Shown: positions 51,090 through 62,204 of the stretch, one piece after another
Layout: the number at the start of each line of letters is the position of its first letter
How positions within the stretch are numbered: position 1 is the first letter of the stretch
Assembly: GCF_036971445.1 (NCBI RefSeq)
Contig: NC_091475.1
Location: 54,994,001-55,058,000, forward strand
Source of the DNA: Narcine bancroftii
Lineage: Eukaryota
Direction of reading: 5' to 3'
DNA: 64,000 bases
Notes under the pieces: generated by a model
Databases searched by the model: none
What the model was told of the DNA's origin: nothing
What the model saw: only the letters and a program-made list of their open reading frames with translations
Program-made: the position numbers and the translations under genes

Positions 51090-51325
51090 GATTTACGCTG
51101 TTACAACGCCGGCGATCAGGACCTGGGTTTGAATCCTGCATTGTCTGTAAGAAGTTTGTACGCTCTCCCCATGCCTGTGTGGGTTTCCTCTTGGGGCTCT
51201 GGTTTCCTCCCACCTTTCAAAACATACGGAGGGATGTAGGTGAATTGGGTGTAATTGAGTGTCACAGGTTCGTGGGCGGAAGGGGCCTGTTACCGTGCTG
51301 TATGTCTAACTTTTTTTAATTAAAT
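51090..51325 (+). mobile_element. tRNA-derived SINE, 5'-clipped
   Basis: gggtttgaatcc B-box; tail gaaggggcctgttaccgtgctgtatgtctaa. Confidence 0.8.
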
Positions 51326-53151
51326 CCTTTTTCACATCGTCTAATTCAAAATCTGTTGAAACTACAAATATAGGAAAAGATTTAATATCCACATATATTA
51401 GTTGACATCAAGTAATGAAGCAAAATGTTATCTGCACCCAATTTTAGTACCAATTTAAATCAAATCTATTTTTGATTAAATCATGGAACGGAGTTGTCTG
51501 GAATCAGGAAAGATCGGATTTTGTGGGGACTCGAAGGACCAGAAATAAAAATAGAAAATGCTGGAAACACTCAGCTTTGGGGAAGAGAAACAGTTAACGT
51601 TTCAGCACTGGAGCCCTTTGTCTGAATTGAAAGCCCTTGGGCCTTGTGTTCCAATTGCTGCCAATCCAAAGGAAAACCCCTCATTCATAGACTGGCCAAT
51701 TTAGATGCATTGAACTGAATTTCCAGGCAGGAGCATCTATATTACTCAATAGTGCAAACTGAACTCTTCTGACTGAAGTTTATTCCACTGAAAACAATTT
51801 GAGAAGCAGAGTGCCATGCAATAGTTTCACCATCTGGCATTGATGCTGCTGACCTCAAATGCAATAGAATCTACCAAATTAATTTCCCAATTGCATGAGT
51901 TTTCCCTCAGAATTTCATCCTGAATGACTCAAAGGTTTAAATTGTTCACCTGCCGACATTTTTTTTGCTTAATTTTAGATCATCGCTACGATACAAAAAT
52001 ATGATACAAATGCAAAGAAAATACTCTTCATTGAGATACACTTATGCACATAGTCATACAAAAATAATCCGAGCTATGAAGATGGGTTTCTCATCATCAG
52101 AATCCTGCTCTTTTCTTGCTTGCATTGTGCTGTCGTTTGGAGGACACTCTGACTTTATCTTCCCCCTTCGAGTGTATGCCGTCTCTTCAAGAACTTACAT
52201 CAGTCCCATTCTATTTAGAGTAAAACCCCTGGTATCCGGTACCTTTGGGGATTGGTTTGTGTGTTATGGTTGGACGCGTGTTTTGCACTGTTCTGCAGTG
52301 TGGACCGAAGAACACTGTTTTGTCGGGTTGTATTGGTACAATCAGCTGACAAGTTGTAATGGAAGATTTAAACCATGTTTTTTACTTTTGCAGCCTTTGC
52401 TTCTACAAGGCTGAGAACCTGCTTGTTTTTTAGAATCAGCAGACATAAGCTAAATTCAACCGAGGGGCCAGAGATGCAGTTATCTGACGAGAGGACATCT
52501 GTGTACCAAGAACATTTAATCTTCCTGCTTGTTTTGGTCACAGACTGTCAGAGGCCGAGCCTTGCTGCAAAATAAACCATTGTATTCAAAGTGATAAGCT
52601 AAAAATTACATTATTCGATAGAAGCCTACCATGCTAGCTTGCTCGCTTATCTTTCTTACTGTGCTGGGAATAGGTGCTTGGGTAAGCAGTTTTTGGGTAA
52701 TATAAGCCATCGTCCCGCTGCTGAAGTTTGAGACTCTCCGAAAGGTGGCAACATCTCTCGGCAAGAAGAAGAACTTCTAGAGTCCAGCCAACGTCCCGGT
52801 CGGGGGAGGTGGAGAAGCTGCTACCGGCGCCCCGACAACCTACTACAAGTGTGCGGTCATTGCCTCGCTTCGGCAGTTGGGACCAGTCCAGGCATTGATA
52901 AGTATAGTTGGGAAGGGCTACCATATTGTAGTTTAAAATCAGCTTTTGAATTTGTAATAAACATTTGTATAAACTGAGTGTCTATTGTGTACATTGTGTC
53001 TATTTCCTTTCGATAGCTCAAAAACTGTGACCAATCTAAAACGAACAAAGTGAGAGGTACAAGTTTACCCAGGACACAAGTAAGCTTAAATTTGGTCTTG
53101 AATCCCCAACTTGTTTAAGTGGGAAGAAAACAACCTTCTCATTTAGAACTT

Positions 53152-53708
53152 CAGTACAAACTCTGATTATCCAAAATGGTTGGGTCTGGACCCATTTTGG
53201 TTAACTGAATTTTTCAGGTAACTGGTCATTTTATTAAAAAAACAGCCAGTAGCAACAACAAATCACTTGTATCAACAACAACAAACGACAAGGGAAGGCT
53301 TTTTAAGCATTAAAATAATGTTTAATTCTCACCAAAATGATGCTGGCTGCCGTTCATCCCAGACACATTCCCCACTGCTGCTGCCAATCCCTACAGAGGT
53401 TTCCCGGGCCAGTGGAACACTCACTGGTGAGTCAGCGGTCTCCCCATGGGCTCGTTCTGGCAGAGACTGCTCCGGCTTTGCATCCTGGCTCTCAATGTTG
53501 GAGCCCAACGCCGACCCAGTCTTTGCCTGCGCCCACTCCCCCTGCAAACTGCCGCTGGTGATCACCGACACCCGCCACCTGTCCTGGAGCCCGATGTCCC
53601 TGCCCCTGCCCGGGACGCCACTCTCTTTGACAAGGAGGCGAACGGACATCACTTCCATGTCTAAAAAAAATTTGGATAATCTGATTTTGGATAATCGGAG
53701 TTGCACTG
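53152..53708. mobile_element. Tigger/pogo-like MITE, 557 bp, GC-rich interior
   Basis: TIRs cagtacaaactctgattatccaaaat / attttggataatcggagttgcactg (~25 bp, imperfect); flanked by TT/TT. Confidence 0.8.
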
Positions 53709-54036
53709 TTCCTTTACAAACTAATAATTCTTCAACTGGTTTCATTCTTCGGAGGAATTTTTTGTACTGGTTATAACATTATGCTAATGTGGATATATTA
53801 ACTCACCATAAATTAATGTGTAATTGTTAAAAGCATCGGCTTTAAATCACAGACATATTTTATCTCCCTGCATGCCTAGTTTAAAGAGAACACCAACATC
53901 TGCTTCTTTTCCACTTGGCGATGACAAGTGCTAAGATTTTGTTTGCCATGGGCAAATAAAATATTTGAGTGCATTGGGCCTAGGAGTTGCTCCTGACTGT
54001 TTTCCTGTGGATTTCTGGAAGCATATGGGAAGATAC

Positions 54037-54877
54037 TGTGACAGAATATAGAAAGTGTTTGGGAGATACATTGGGAAAGATTTGTTGGAGCAGGTCACAC
54101 ACAAACACTTTAAAACACAGAATTTTTGCAGGAGTACTCAGAGTGCTCAGAGACTTCAAATGATGGACTGTTATTTTGCAAAAGTGGCAGTTTGTCTGGA
54201 AAACAGTTTGCTGTCTGGAAAACAGTTTGCGTTTGCTGTCTGGAAGAGCATGTGATCTTTGCAGGCAGTGGCAGAATAGCTTTGCTCTCAGAGTGGGAGG
54301 GAGTGAAAGAGAGGAGAGACAGAGACTTGTCCAGAGGGACAAGCTGGCAAGCTTTGGAAGACGGCCTGGTCAAAGGAAAGGACTGGCTGTCTAGTGTTTC
54401 CCTTGGAATAGGAAAAACAGAAAGGTGCTCTGTGATGACCTGAAAGAAAAAGGTTATCATCTGGAAAACCTTGAAAGAGGGCAGGTGTCGTCAGCAAGGC
54501 ACTAGACTGGCTGACCTGAAACGAGAAAACTCTCTCCCTGAAAACCAACAAGAACCCTCCTGAGTGGTAACCGTTTACTTGTTAAGCACCAAAGCCTGAT
54601 GAACTTTATATAATGCTAACTTCTGTGCACAGTACAAGAATTGTCTGCAACCAGTGAGATTGAACTGCGAACCAAAGAAAGAACTTTTCTAAACTTATAT
54701 ACACATTACACACACGTGCACTTAGAATTAGAGGGGGGTTAAGTAAGTCAATAGAGATAAGTTAAAGTTTGATTCTATTTTCATGTTCAAAGATAATTAA
54801 AAGCAACTTTTGTTTAACCCTTTGTCATGGTGGATATCTATTGCTGCTGGGTTTTGGGGTCCTCTTGGCTCGTAAAA
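54037..54877 (+). mobile_element. Solo LTR related to family A (divergent 5' half)
   Basis: Starts TGTGACAG; 54400-54875 is co-linear with 29880-30380; ends ggctcgtaaaa (CA mutated); TSD not evident. Confidence 0.75.
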
Positions 54878-54915
54878 TTTTGTTGTGAATGATTAGTGTT
54901 GCTTAGTACTCACTT

Positions 54916-55266
54916 CAGTTTTCTTCAGGCTGACTTCCAGGCCAAACATTTTGGCAGTTTCCGCAAAACAGGACGTCAAGCGCTGAAGAGCTGGCTCTGA
55001 ATGGGCAACTAAAGCGGCATCGTCTGCAAAGAGTAGTTCACGGACAAGTTTCTCTTGTGTCTTGGTGTGAGCTTGCAGGCGCCTCAGATTGAAGAGACTG
55101 CCATCCGTGCGGTACCGGATGTAAACAGCGTCTTCATTGTTGAGGTCTTTCATGGCTTGGTTCAGCATCAAGCTGAAGAAGATTGAAAAGAGGGTTGGTG
55201 CGAGAACACAGCCTTGCTTCACGCTGTTGTTAATGGAGAAGGGTTCAGAGAGCTCATTGCTGTATC
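54916..55266 (-). mobile_element. RTE RT core segment, inverted 5' part of a twin-primed insertion
   Basis: Minus VKQGCVLAPTLFSIFF...ELLFADDAAL...SLKKTE (RT QG and FADD motifs). Confidence 0.95.
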
Positions 55267-56135
55267 AGCCAGCTCCCCACCATAACTACCAGCCCCCCCA
55301 CATCTCCATCGGGCACACAAAACTCAAAACGGTCAACCAGTTTACCCATCTCGGTTGCACCATTTCATCAGATGCAAGGATCGACAACGAGATAGACAAC
55401 AGACTCGCCAAGGCAAATAGCGCCTTTGGAAGACTACACAAAAGAGTCTGGAAAAACAACCAACTGAAAAACCTCACAGAGATAAGCGTATACAGAGCCG
55501 TTGTCATACCCACACTCCTGTTCAGCTCCGAATCATGGGTCCTCTACCGGCATCACCTACGGCTCCTAGAACGCTTCTACCAGCGTTGTCTCCGCTCCAT
55601 CCTCAACATTCATTGGAGCGACTTCATCCCTAACACCGAAGTACTCGAGATGGCAGAGGCCGACAGCATCGAGTCCACGCTGCTGAAGATCTAGCTGCGC
55701 TGGGTGGGTCACGTCTCCAGAATGGAGGACCATCGCCTTCCCAAGATCGTGTTATATGGCGAGCTCTCCACTGGCCACCGTGACAGAGGTGCACCAAAGA
55801 AGAGGTACAAGGACTGCCTAAAGAAATCTCTTGGTGCCTGCCACATTGACCACCGCCAGTGGGCTGATATTGCCTCAAACCGTGCATCTTGGCGCCTCAC
55901 AGTTTGGCGGGCAGCAACCTCCTTTGAAGAAGACCGCAGAGCCCACCTCACTGACAAAAGGCAAAGGAGGAAAAACCCAACACCCAACCCCAACCAACCA
56001 ATTTTCCCTGCAACCGCTGCAACCGTGTCTGCCTGTCCCGCATCGGACTTTTCAGCCACAAACGAGCCTGCAGCTGACGTGGACATTTACCCCCTCCATA
56101 AATCTTTGTCCGCGAAGCCAAGCCAAAGAAAGAAG
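55264..56135 (+). mobile_element. RTE sense 3' part; whole insertion flanked by 11-bp TSD AGTACTCACTT
   Basis: QPAPHH...to tail gccaagccaaagaaagaag; TSD at 54905-54915 and 56136-56146. Confidence 0.95.
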
Positions 56136-56334
56136 AGTACTCACTTATCAGGATTTGATTGTGCTACATTATCTCTTCCGTAGCTCAAAGTCTAGCTTTC
56201 AAACATAAAAATAGAAGGCTAAATCAAGATCATGTGACCCATCAATGCCATGCTGGCTGACAAAGTGCTATGAAAGTTAAATCAGAAAGTCTACAGATGG
56301 AAATGGTAAGATGGAGTATGATGATGGGTGAAAT

Positions 56335-56510
56335 CCCAATCTTTTCCTTTCCACTCACATCCAAAAGTAATCCCTATACTATAAGTGGGATGTGAGTGGG
56401 AAGGCAAGGTTGAGAATTACTGCTCCAGGCCCAATTGTTTCAGAAATATTCTGCTTGAGAAAAATTGTTATTGGCCCATTTCTTTTGGAGTTATGAAACC
56501 GTGCACATAA
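56335..56510. mobile_element. hAT-like non-autonomous fragment, same family as 24575-24841
   Basis: ggttgagaattactgctc...tgagaaaaattgt...tttggagttatgaaaccgtgc shared with 24598-24686. Confidence 0.65.
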
Positions 56511-56511
56511 C

Positions 56512-56750
56512 TAGGGGCAAAGTTTACATTCAACATTAGGGGGAACTTCTTTACACAGAATGGTGGGAGTATGGAACAAGTTCCCAGCTGATTTGATAAA
56601 TGCATGCTCAATTTTGTCATTTAAGAAAAATTCAGACAGGTACATGGATAGGACAGGTATGGAGGGCTATAGATTGGGTGCAGGGCAGTGAGACCAGGTG
56701 GAATACTAATTTGGCATGGACTAGAAGGGCCAAAGGGCCTGCTTCAGCAC
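56512..56750 (+). mobile_element. CR1 LINE 3' fragment
   Basis: ggggaacttctttacacagaatggtgggagtatggaac...ggactagaagggccaaagggcctg. Confidence 0.7.
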
Positions 56751-57884
56751 TGGAGTCAAGTGCAATAAGCAAATGTGCTGGAGAACCAAAGCAGGTCATG
56801 CAGCATCAATGGGAAATAAAGGATAGCCAATGTGTCAGGCGTGTGGCCTTCATCAAGGATAAGTGGTATCAAACTTCATTGCCTTCCAGCTTGCACCTAG
56901 TACTCATTCAATTACTTCTTGAATGCCCTTAGGGTTTTCTACGACCACTTTCATGATCATTCCCAGAATCTGATCACTTACTGATTTGAAGAAAAATCTT
57001 AAGATCTTTCAGTTATTCTTGCTCCTGATTATGCCAAATGCAACCAATAAAAAAGTGACTGTCAGTAGGTCAAAAAGCATCTGTGAGCAGGGAAACAATT
57101 TCACGTCAATGTTTTCCGTCACCATTAAAATGTTCATTCATTTTCTCTCTTCTGAGATTTGCACAACCTGCTTTGTGCTTTCCAAAATTGGGGGCTTTAT
57201 CTTCCATTTCCAGCAAATGTATTCTGTCAATTTTGCACCATTTTTGTTCAGCTCTTCCATTTTGTCCCCTCCTCTCCATCTCATCATTTCAGGCACTTGA
57301 TATAAGCAGCAGGTATGTCAGCCACACAACAGATTGCTGTGGGAGGTTTGACAACATTCATTTCAAGATTAGAGTCACCATCTTGCTCTGCACATCACCG
57401 GCTCTGACAGGTCATTCCCCGCAATCTAGGTGGTATGGAAGGTGTCTTTTGTAGAGGTGGCATCACAACTGCAAACAGATGCCAATGCACAAGAGAGTCA
57501 ATCGACGGGAGTCAAGGGGTCAGCACCGATCTTTCATAATGTTGCTTGAATTTAAACATACCTGGCTTATATAATTTAACAGCAGAACTGGAGGGAAGAA
57601 GAAGCCATGCAACACAAACCAAGGGACAAGTTGGGAGTTCCTGTACATTTTGCTGGCAAAACAGAGATGTCAGGAGGGCTTCAGATGCATTTTTATTCAG
57701 TCATCCTGCTCCTCTGGAACAGATGTGACTAGTGTGCTTTTATCAACCAAAGCGTTGCTCTGGAGTTGGAAATTTTGCAGAGGATTAGATGAGCAATTAA
57801 ATCCTGAAATTAAGGGGCTCAAAATGTTGTGAAGGGAAATATATAAGTTTGTGTTGGAGAATAAACACATATTGAGTTAGATTT

Positions 57885-58130
57885 AAAAAAAAATTTAGAC
57901 ATACTGCACGGTAACAGGTCATTTCAGCCCACGAGTCCATGCCGCCCCATTAACCCACACTCCCAGTATGTTTTGAAGGGTGGGAGGAAACTGGATTCCC
58001 CGGGAGGAATATCCACACAGACACGGGGAGAAAGGTACAAACTCCTTACAGACAGCAAGGAATCGGAACCCCGGTCCTGATCACTGGTGCTGTAAAGATA
58101 TTGCGCTAACCGCTACCCTAACCGTGCCAC
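57885..58130 (-). mobile_element. tRNA-derived SINE, near full length
   Basis: Minus: ggcacggttagggtagcggttagcgcaat (A-box)...accggggttccgattcc (B-box). Confidence 0.85.
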
Positions 58131-58218
58131 GCACTATGCCAAACCTGCCACCACATGAATGTGTTTCATTCAAACCGCATTTAATGGAACTCACTGCTGC
58201 CAATTAAGAGGAATTCTT

Positions 58219-58402
58219 CTTTGGCTTGGCTTCGCGGACGAAGATTTATGGAGGGGGTAAATGTCCACGTCAGCTGCAGGCTCGATTGTGGCTGACAAGT
58301 CCGATGCGGGACAGGCAGACACGGATGCAGCGATTGCAGGGGAAAATTAGTTGGTTGGGGTTGGGTGTTGGGTTTTTCCTCCTTTGTCTTTTGTCAGTGA
58401 GG
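58219..58402 (-). mobile_element. RTE 3' fragment (~180 bp) with 11-bp TSD GAGGAATTCTT
   Basis: TSD at 58208-58218 and 58399-58409; LTDKRQRRKNPTPNPNQLIFPCNRC. Confidence 0.95.
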
Positions 58403-59072
58403 AATTCTTGCTCCCTAAAATATGCATCAAGTGTACAGATGGCAAAAACTTTCAACATGTTCCACATGGAAGGGAATTAAACTTGTACATTGTTAGCTGC
58501 CACTACACCTTTTTTATTCTTATCTCACTGTACAATTCAACTGCATCCTGGATTTATAGGCTTTGTATGTTAGAGGTTCCTGTGCACAGTTTAGCTTCCA
58601 TCAGTCACATATGATAGCTGCATTTTGTTAGTTCTAAAGTGCACTGGATAACCTTCAGAATGCCAAAAGGAGCCCATGTTTCTCAGAATCTGCCCAGCAT
58701 CACATGGAAACTGACAGAAAATACGGTATTTTAATGATATTCTATGGCATTAAAAAATTTGACGGTCAAATCAGAAAACTAATTTGCACTATTGGTTCTC
58801 ACTCTACTTTGTAGTTTCAAAGAAGCATTAATAGGAAGTTTGAGAATGGGCAAAATAAAAGCCAAACCAATAATTATAAAGTTAAAACATTTGCTCAGAA
58901 TCATTGATCATACAATATTGCACAATGGGCAATATCAAGTCTCAGAACCCAAATTCTGTAAGAAGCTCAAACCTTTAGATGCATGCCAGGAGGCTACCAA
59001 CACGCAGAACTATTTCTACCAAAAGTAAGATTATGTTGTTTAAATAGTCAACTAAAGATTTCCTCACTTAAA

Positions 59073-59478
59073 AACATAGAAACATAGAAGATAGGAGTAG
59101 GAGTAGGTCATTCGACCCTTCGAGCCTGCTCCGCCATTCAACGAGATCATGGCTGATCTTAAAGTTCAGTACCCCGTCCCCGCCTTCTCTCCGTAACCTT
59201 TAATACTCTTATACTGAAGAAATAGATCTAATTCCCTCTTAAATATATTTAATGAACCTGCCTATACTGCCCTCTGTGGCAATAAATTCCATAGATTCAC
59301 CACCCTCTGGGTCAAGAAATTCCTCCTCATCTCGGTCGTAAATGGTTTGCCTATTATCCTCAAACCATGGCCCCAGGTTCTGGATTTTCCCATCATTGGA
59401 AACATCCCATCTGCATCCATTCTGCCCAGTCCTGCCAGAATTTTATAGGTCTCTATGAGATCCCCTCTCAATCTTCTG
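59073..59478 (-). mobile_element. Relatively young CR1 LINE 3' end
   Basis: LRGDLIETYKILAGLGRMDA...GHGLRI...RRNFLTQRVVNLWNLLPQRAV; octamer tail (aaacatag)2; CpGs retained. Confidence 0.9.
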
Positions 59479-59964
59479 ACCAGCCACCTGCATTATTGGG
59501 AAGACGGACTCACTGCTCAACAAAGTTTCAGAGTTTCAAATATTATAACCATGGTTACAAATTAAATTTGATTGTTTAAAGCATTTAGCATTCAACTTCA
59601 GTGAATTTAATGTTCAAATTTTAAAATGATTCTATTCTGATTTGTGATTGTTTCCTTTGACACATTCAACTTTCCATCAACTCATTTACTCATATCCAAA
59701 GTTCCAGCAAATGGCTTGTTGCATCTCAGCTGTTATATTAGAGTCAGAGAAATAAAAATTACGTTGGAGGCTTACAAAGTCAACAACGGGTTCGGGGTTT
59801 AGAGGCCTTTTCCAGTGTCCCTGGTCCTATTACAGAGAGGCACAGAACAGTCCTGCTTTGGAACAGGCCACTGGTCCCATGATTTCTGCACCAAATTAAT
59901 CTAAATCGCTTCTGCCTGCACATGATCCAAATCCATCCATTCTCTGCATGCTTACATATCTGAA

Positions 59965-60937
59965 GAGCCAGCTCTTCAGCGCTTGACGTCCTGCTTTGCG
60001 GAAACTGCCAAAATGTTTGGCCTGGAAGTCAGCCTGAAGAAAACTGAGGTCCTCCATCAGCCAGCTCCCCACCATGACTACCAGTCCCCTCACATCTCCA
60101 TCGGGCACACAAAACTCAAAACGGTCAACCAGTTTACCTATCTCGGCTGCACCATTTCATCAGATGCAAGGATCGACAATGAGATAGACAACAGACTCGC
60201 CAAGGCAAATAGTGCCTTTGGAAGACTACACAAAAGAGTCTGGAAAAACAACCAACTGAAAAACCTCACAAAGATAAGCGTATACAGAGCCATTGTCATA
60301 CCCACACTCCTGTTCGGCTCCGAATCATGGGTCCTCTACCGGCACCACCTACGGCTCCTAGAACGCTTCCACCAGCGTTGTCTCCGCTCCATCCTCAACA
60401 TCTATTGGAGCGCTTACATCCCTAATGTCGAAGTACTCGAGATGGCAGAGGTCGACAGCATCGAGTCCACGCTGCTGAAGATCCAGCTGCGCTGGATGGG
60501 TCACGTCTCCAGAATGGAGGACCATCGCCTTCCCAAGATCGTGTTATATGGCGAGCTCTCCACTGGCCACCGTGACAGAGGTGCACCAAAGAAAAGGTAC
60601 AAGGACTGCCTAAAGAAATCTCTTGGTGCCTGCCACATTGACCACCGCCAGTGGGCTGATAACGCCTCAAACCGTGCATCTTGGCGCCTCACAGTTTGGC
60701 GGGCAGCAACCTCCTTTGAAGAAGACCGCAGAGCCCACCTCACTGACAAAAGGCAAAGGAGGAAAAACCCAACACCCAACCCCAACCCACCAATTTTCCC
60801 CTGCAACCGCTGCAATCGTGTCTGCCTGTCCCGCATCGGACTTGTCAGCCACAAACGAGCCTGCAGCTGACGTGGACTTTTTACCCCCTCCATAAATCTT
60901 CGTCCGCGAAGCCAAGCCAAAGTAAGAAAAAAAAAAG
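59965..60937 (+). mobile_element. RTE-clade LINE, 5'-truncated, uninterrupted ORF 59983-60870, 11-bp TSD ACATATCTGAA, inserted in an old CR1 fragment (~59835-61220, minus)
   Basis: TSD at 59954-59964 and 60938-60948; 295-aa open frame ending in the Cys/His motif. Confidence 0.97.
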
Positions 60938-62053
60938 ACATATCTGAAAGCTTCTTCAACGCCCCTACCGAATCTGCTTCCAGCAGCCTGTTCAAGGCAG
61001 CTACCACTGCCTGTAAAAAAAAATTGCCCCACATGTGCCCTCCCTCATCTTAAACACGCACCTTCCCAGATGTGACATTTTTACCCTGAGATGAAGATTC
61101 TCATGGTCTATCCCATCCATGCCTCTTATCATCTTGAAAACTGTCCTCGGGTTCTCTCTTAGCCACTAATGCTCTGAATAATTGAAAGATTTTAACAACC
61201 CAATTTCATCCAACCTCTCCCCATAACTCATTGCCCTCTGTCATTCTTTACAGGATCAGTCCCAATGGGCTTCTTGCATCCTTGGCAAGCTAAAGAGACC
61301 CTCCATCTGCCCACTATCAAGAGAAACACAATGACTCAAGATCCGCGCTCAGATCTCTCAGCAATGTGTTCTCACTGCTTCCTAAAATTCACAGTTTGCT
61401 CTACGATCATGACTTCAGCATGTGAAAAGTGATTAGTATCTCAGATGATAAACAATGTAGGAAATCAAATAAATAAAACCATATTAGTAATATTAATCAT
61501 TATCAATTTCTCATTTAATAATTGTGGCTTTAAAATTCTTAAATATAAAAAAAGCAATATTAATCATTATTATAAGCCTATCTTAACTTCCAGCTGTCAA
61601 AACAGTGAACATGCTTTATCTTAGCTAATGTAAAGAGAACTGAATACTTGAAGCACAAATATCATTAGCTTATTGCCATCGTGCATTATTTTGACACTGC
61701 ACCTTCAATCCCACAAGGTTGTGCTTTGCCTGCTTTTCCCAATATGCGACTGTTGATTGCAACCGAATGGAGTAGCTGGAACAATTGATCTATTCCAAAA
61801 ATGTTTGCGTGTGGTTTCAAACAATTAACATTGGTCCAGTGAAGCTGCTGAATAGAATAACGTGACTAGCTCTACCCTCGGATTAATATCACAAATCCTA
61901 CAGTTGTAATCTACTGATGCAATATGAGCCGTTTGGAGGCTCAATCCATGATGTGCAAACACATCAGTATCAAAAACTAGGTAACATAAATAATGCTCAT
62001 GTAGCCCTGCAAATAGGGTCAAAATAACAATCCATTTTGCACACACATTCTTG

Positions 62054-62106
62054 TATATATAGATATATATATATATATATATATATATATCTATATATAT
62101 GTATAT
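62054..62106. repeat. (TA)n microsatellite
   Basis: Directly visible. Confidence 0.9.
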
Positions 62107-62204
62107 AAGGGTCCACTTAGTTACTCAATATTTAAAACACTCTCCAGCATTTTCAAAACACTACATTCATGCCAGGAGTGATAATAGGTTCCATGCAGTT
62201 CAAG

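Noticed and set aside
53267-53776. 169-aa and 138-aa overlapping ORFs
   Set aside because: Lie in the GC-rich MITE interior; no DDE or HTH motifs.
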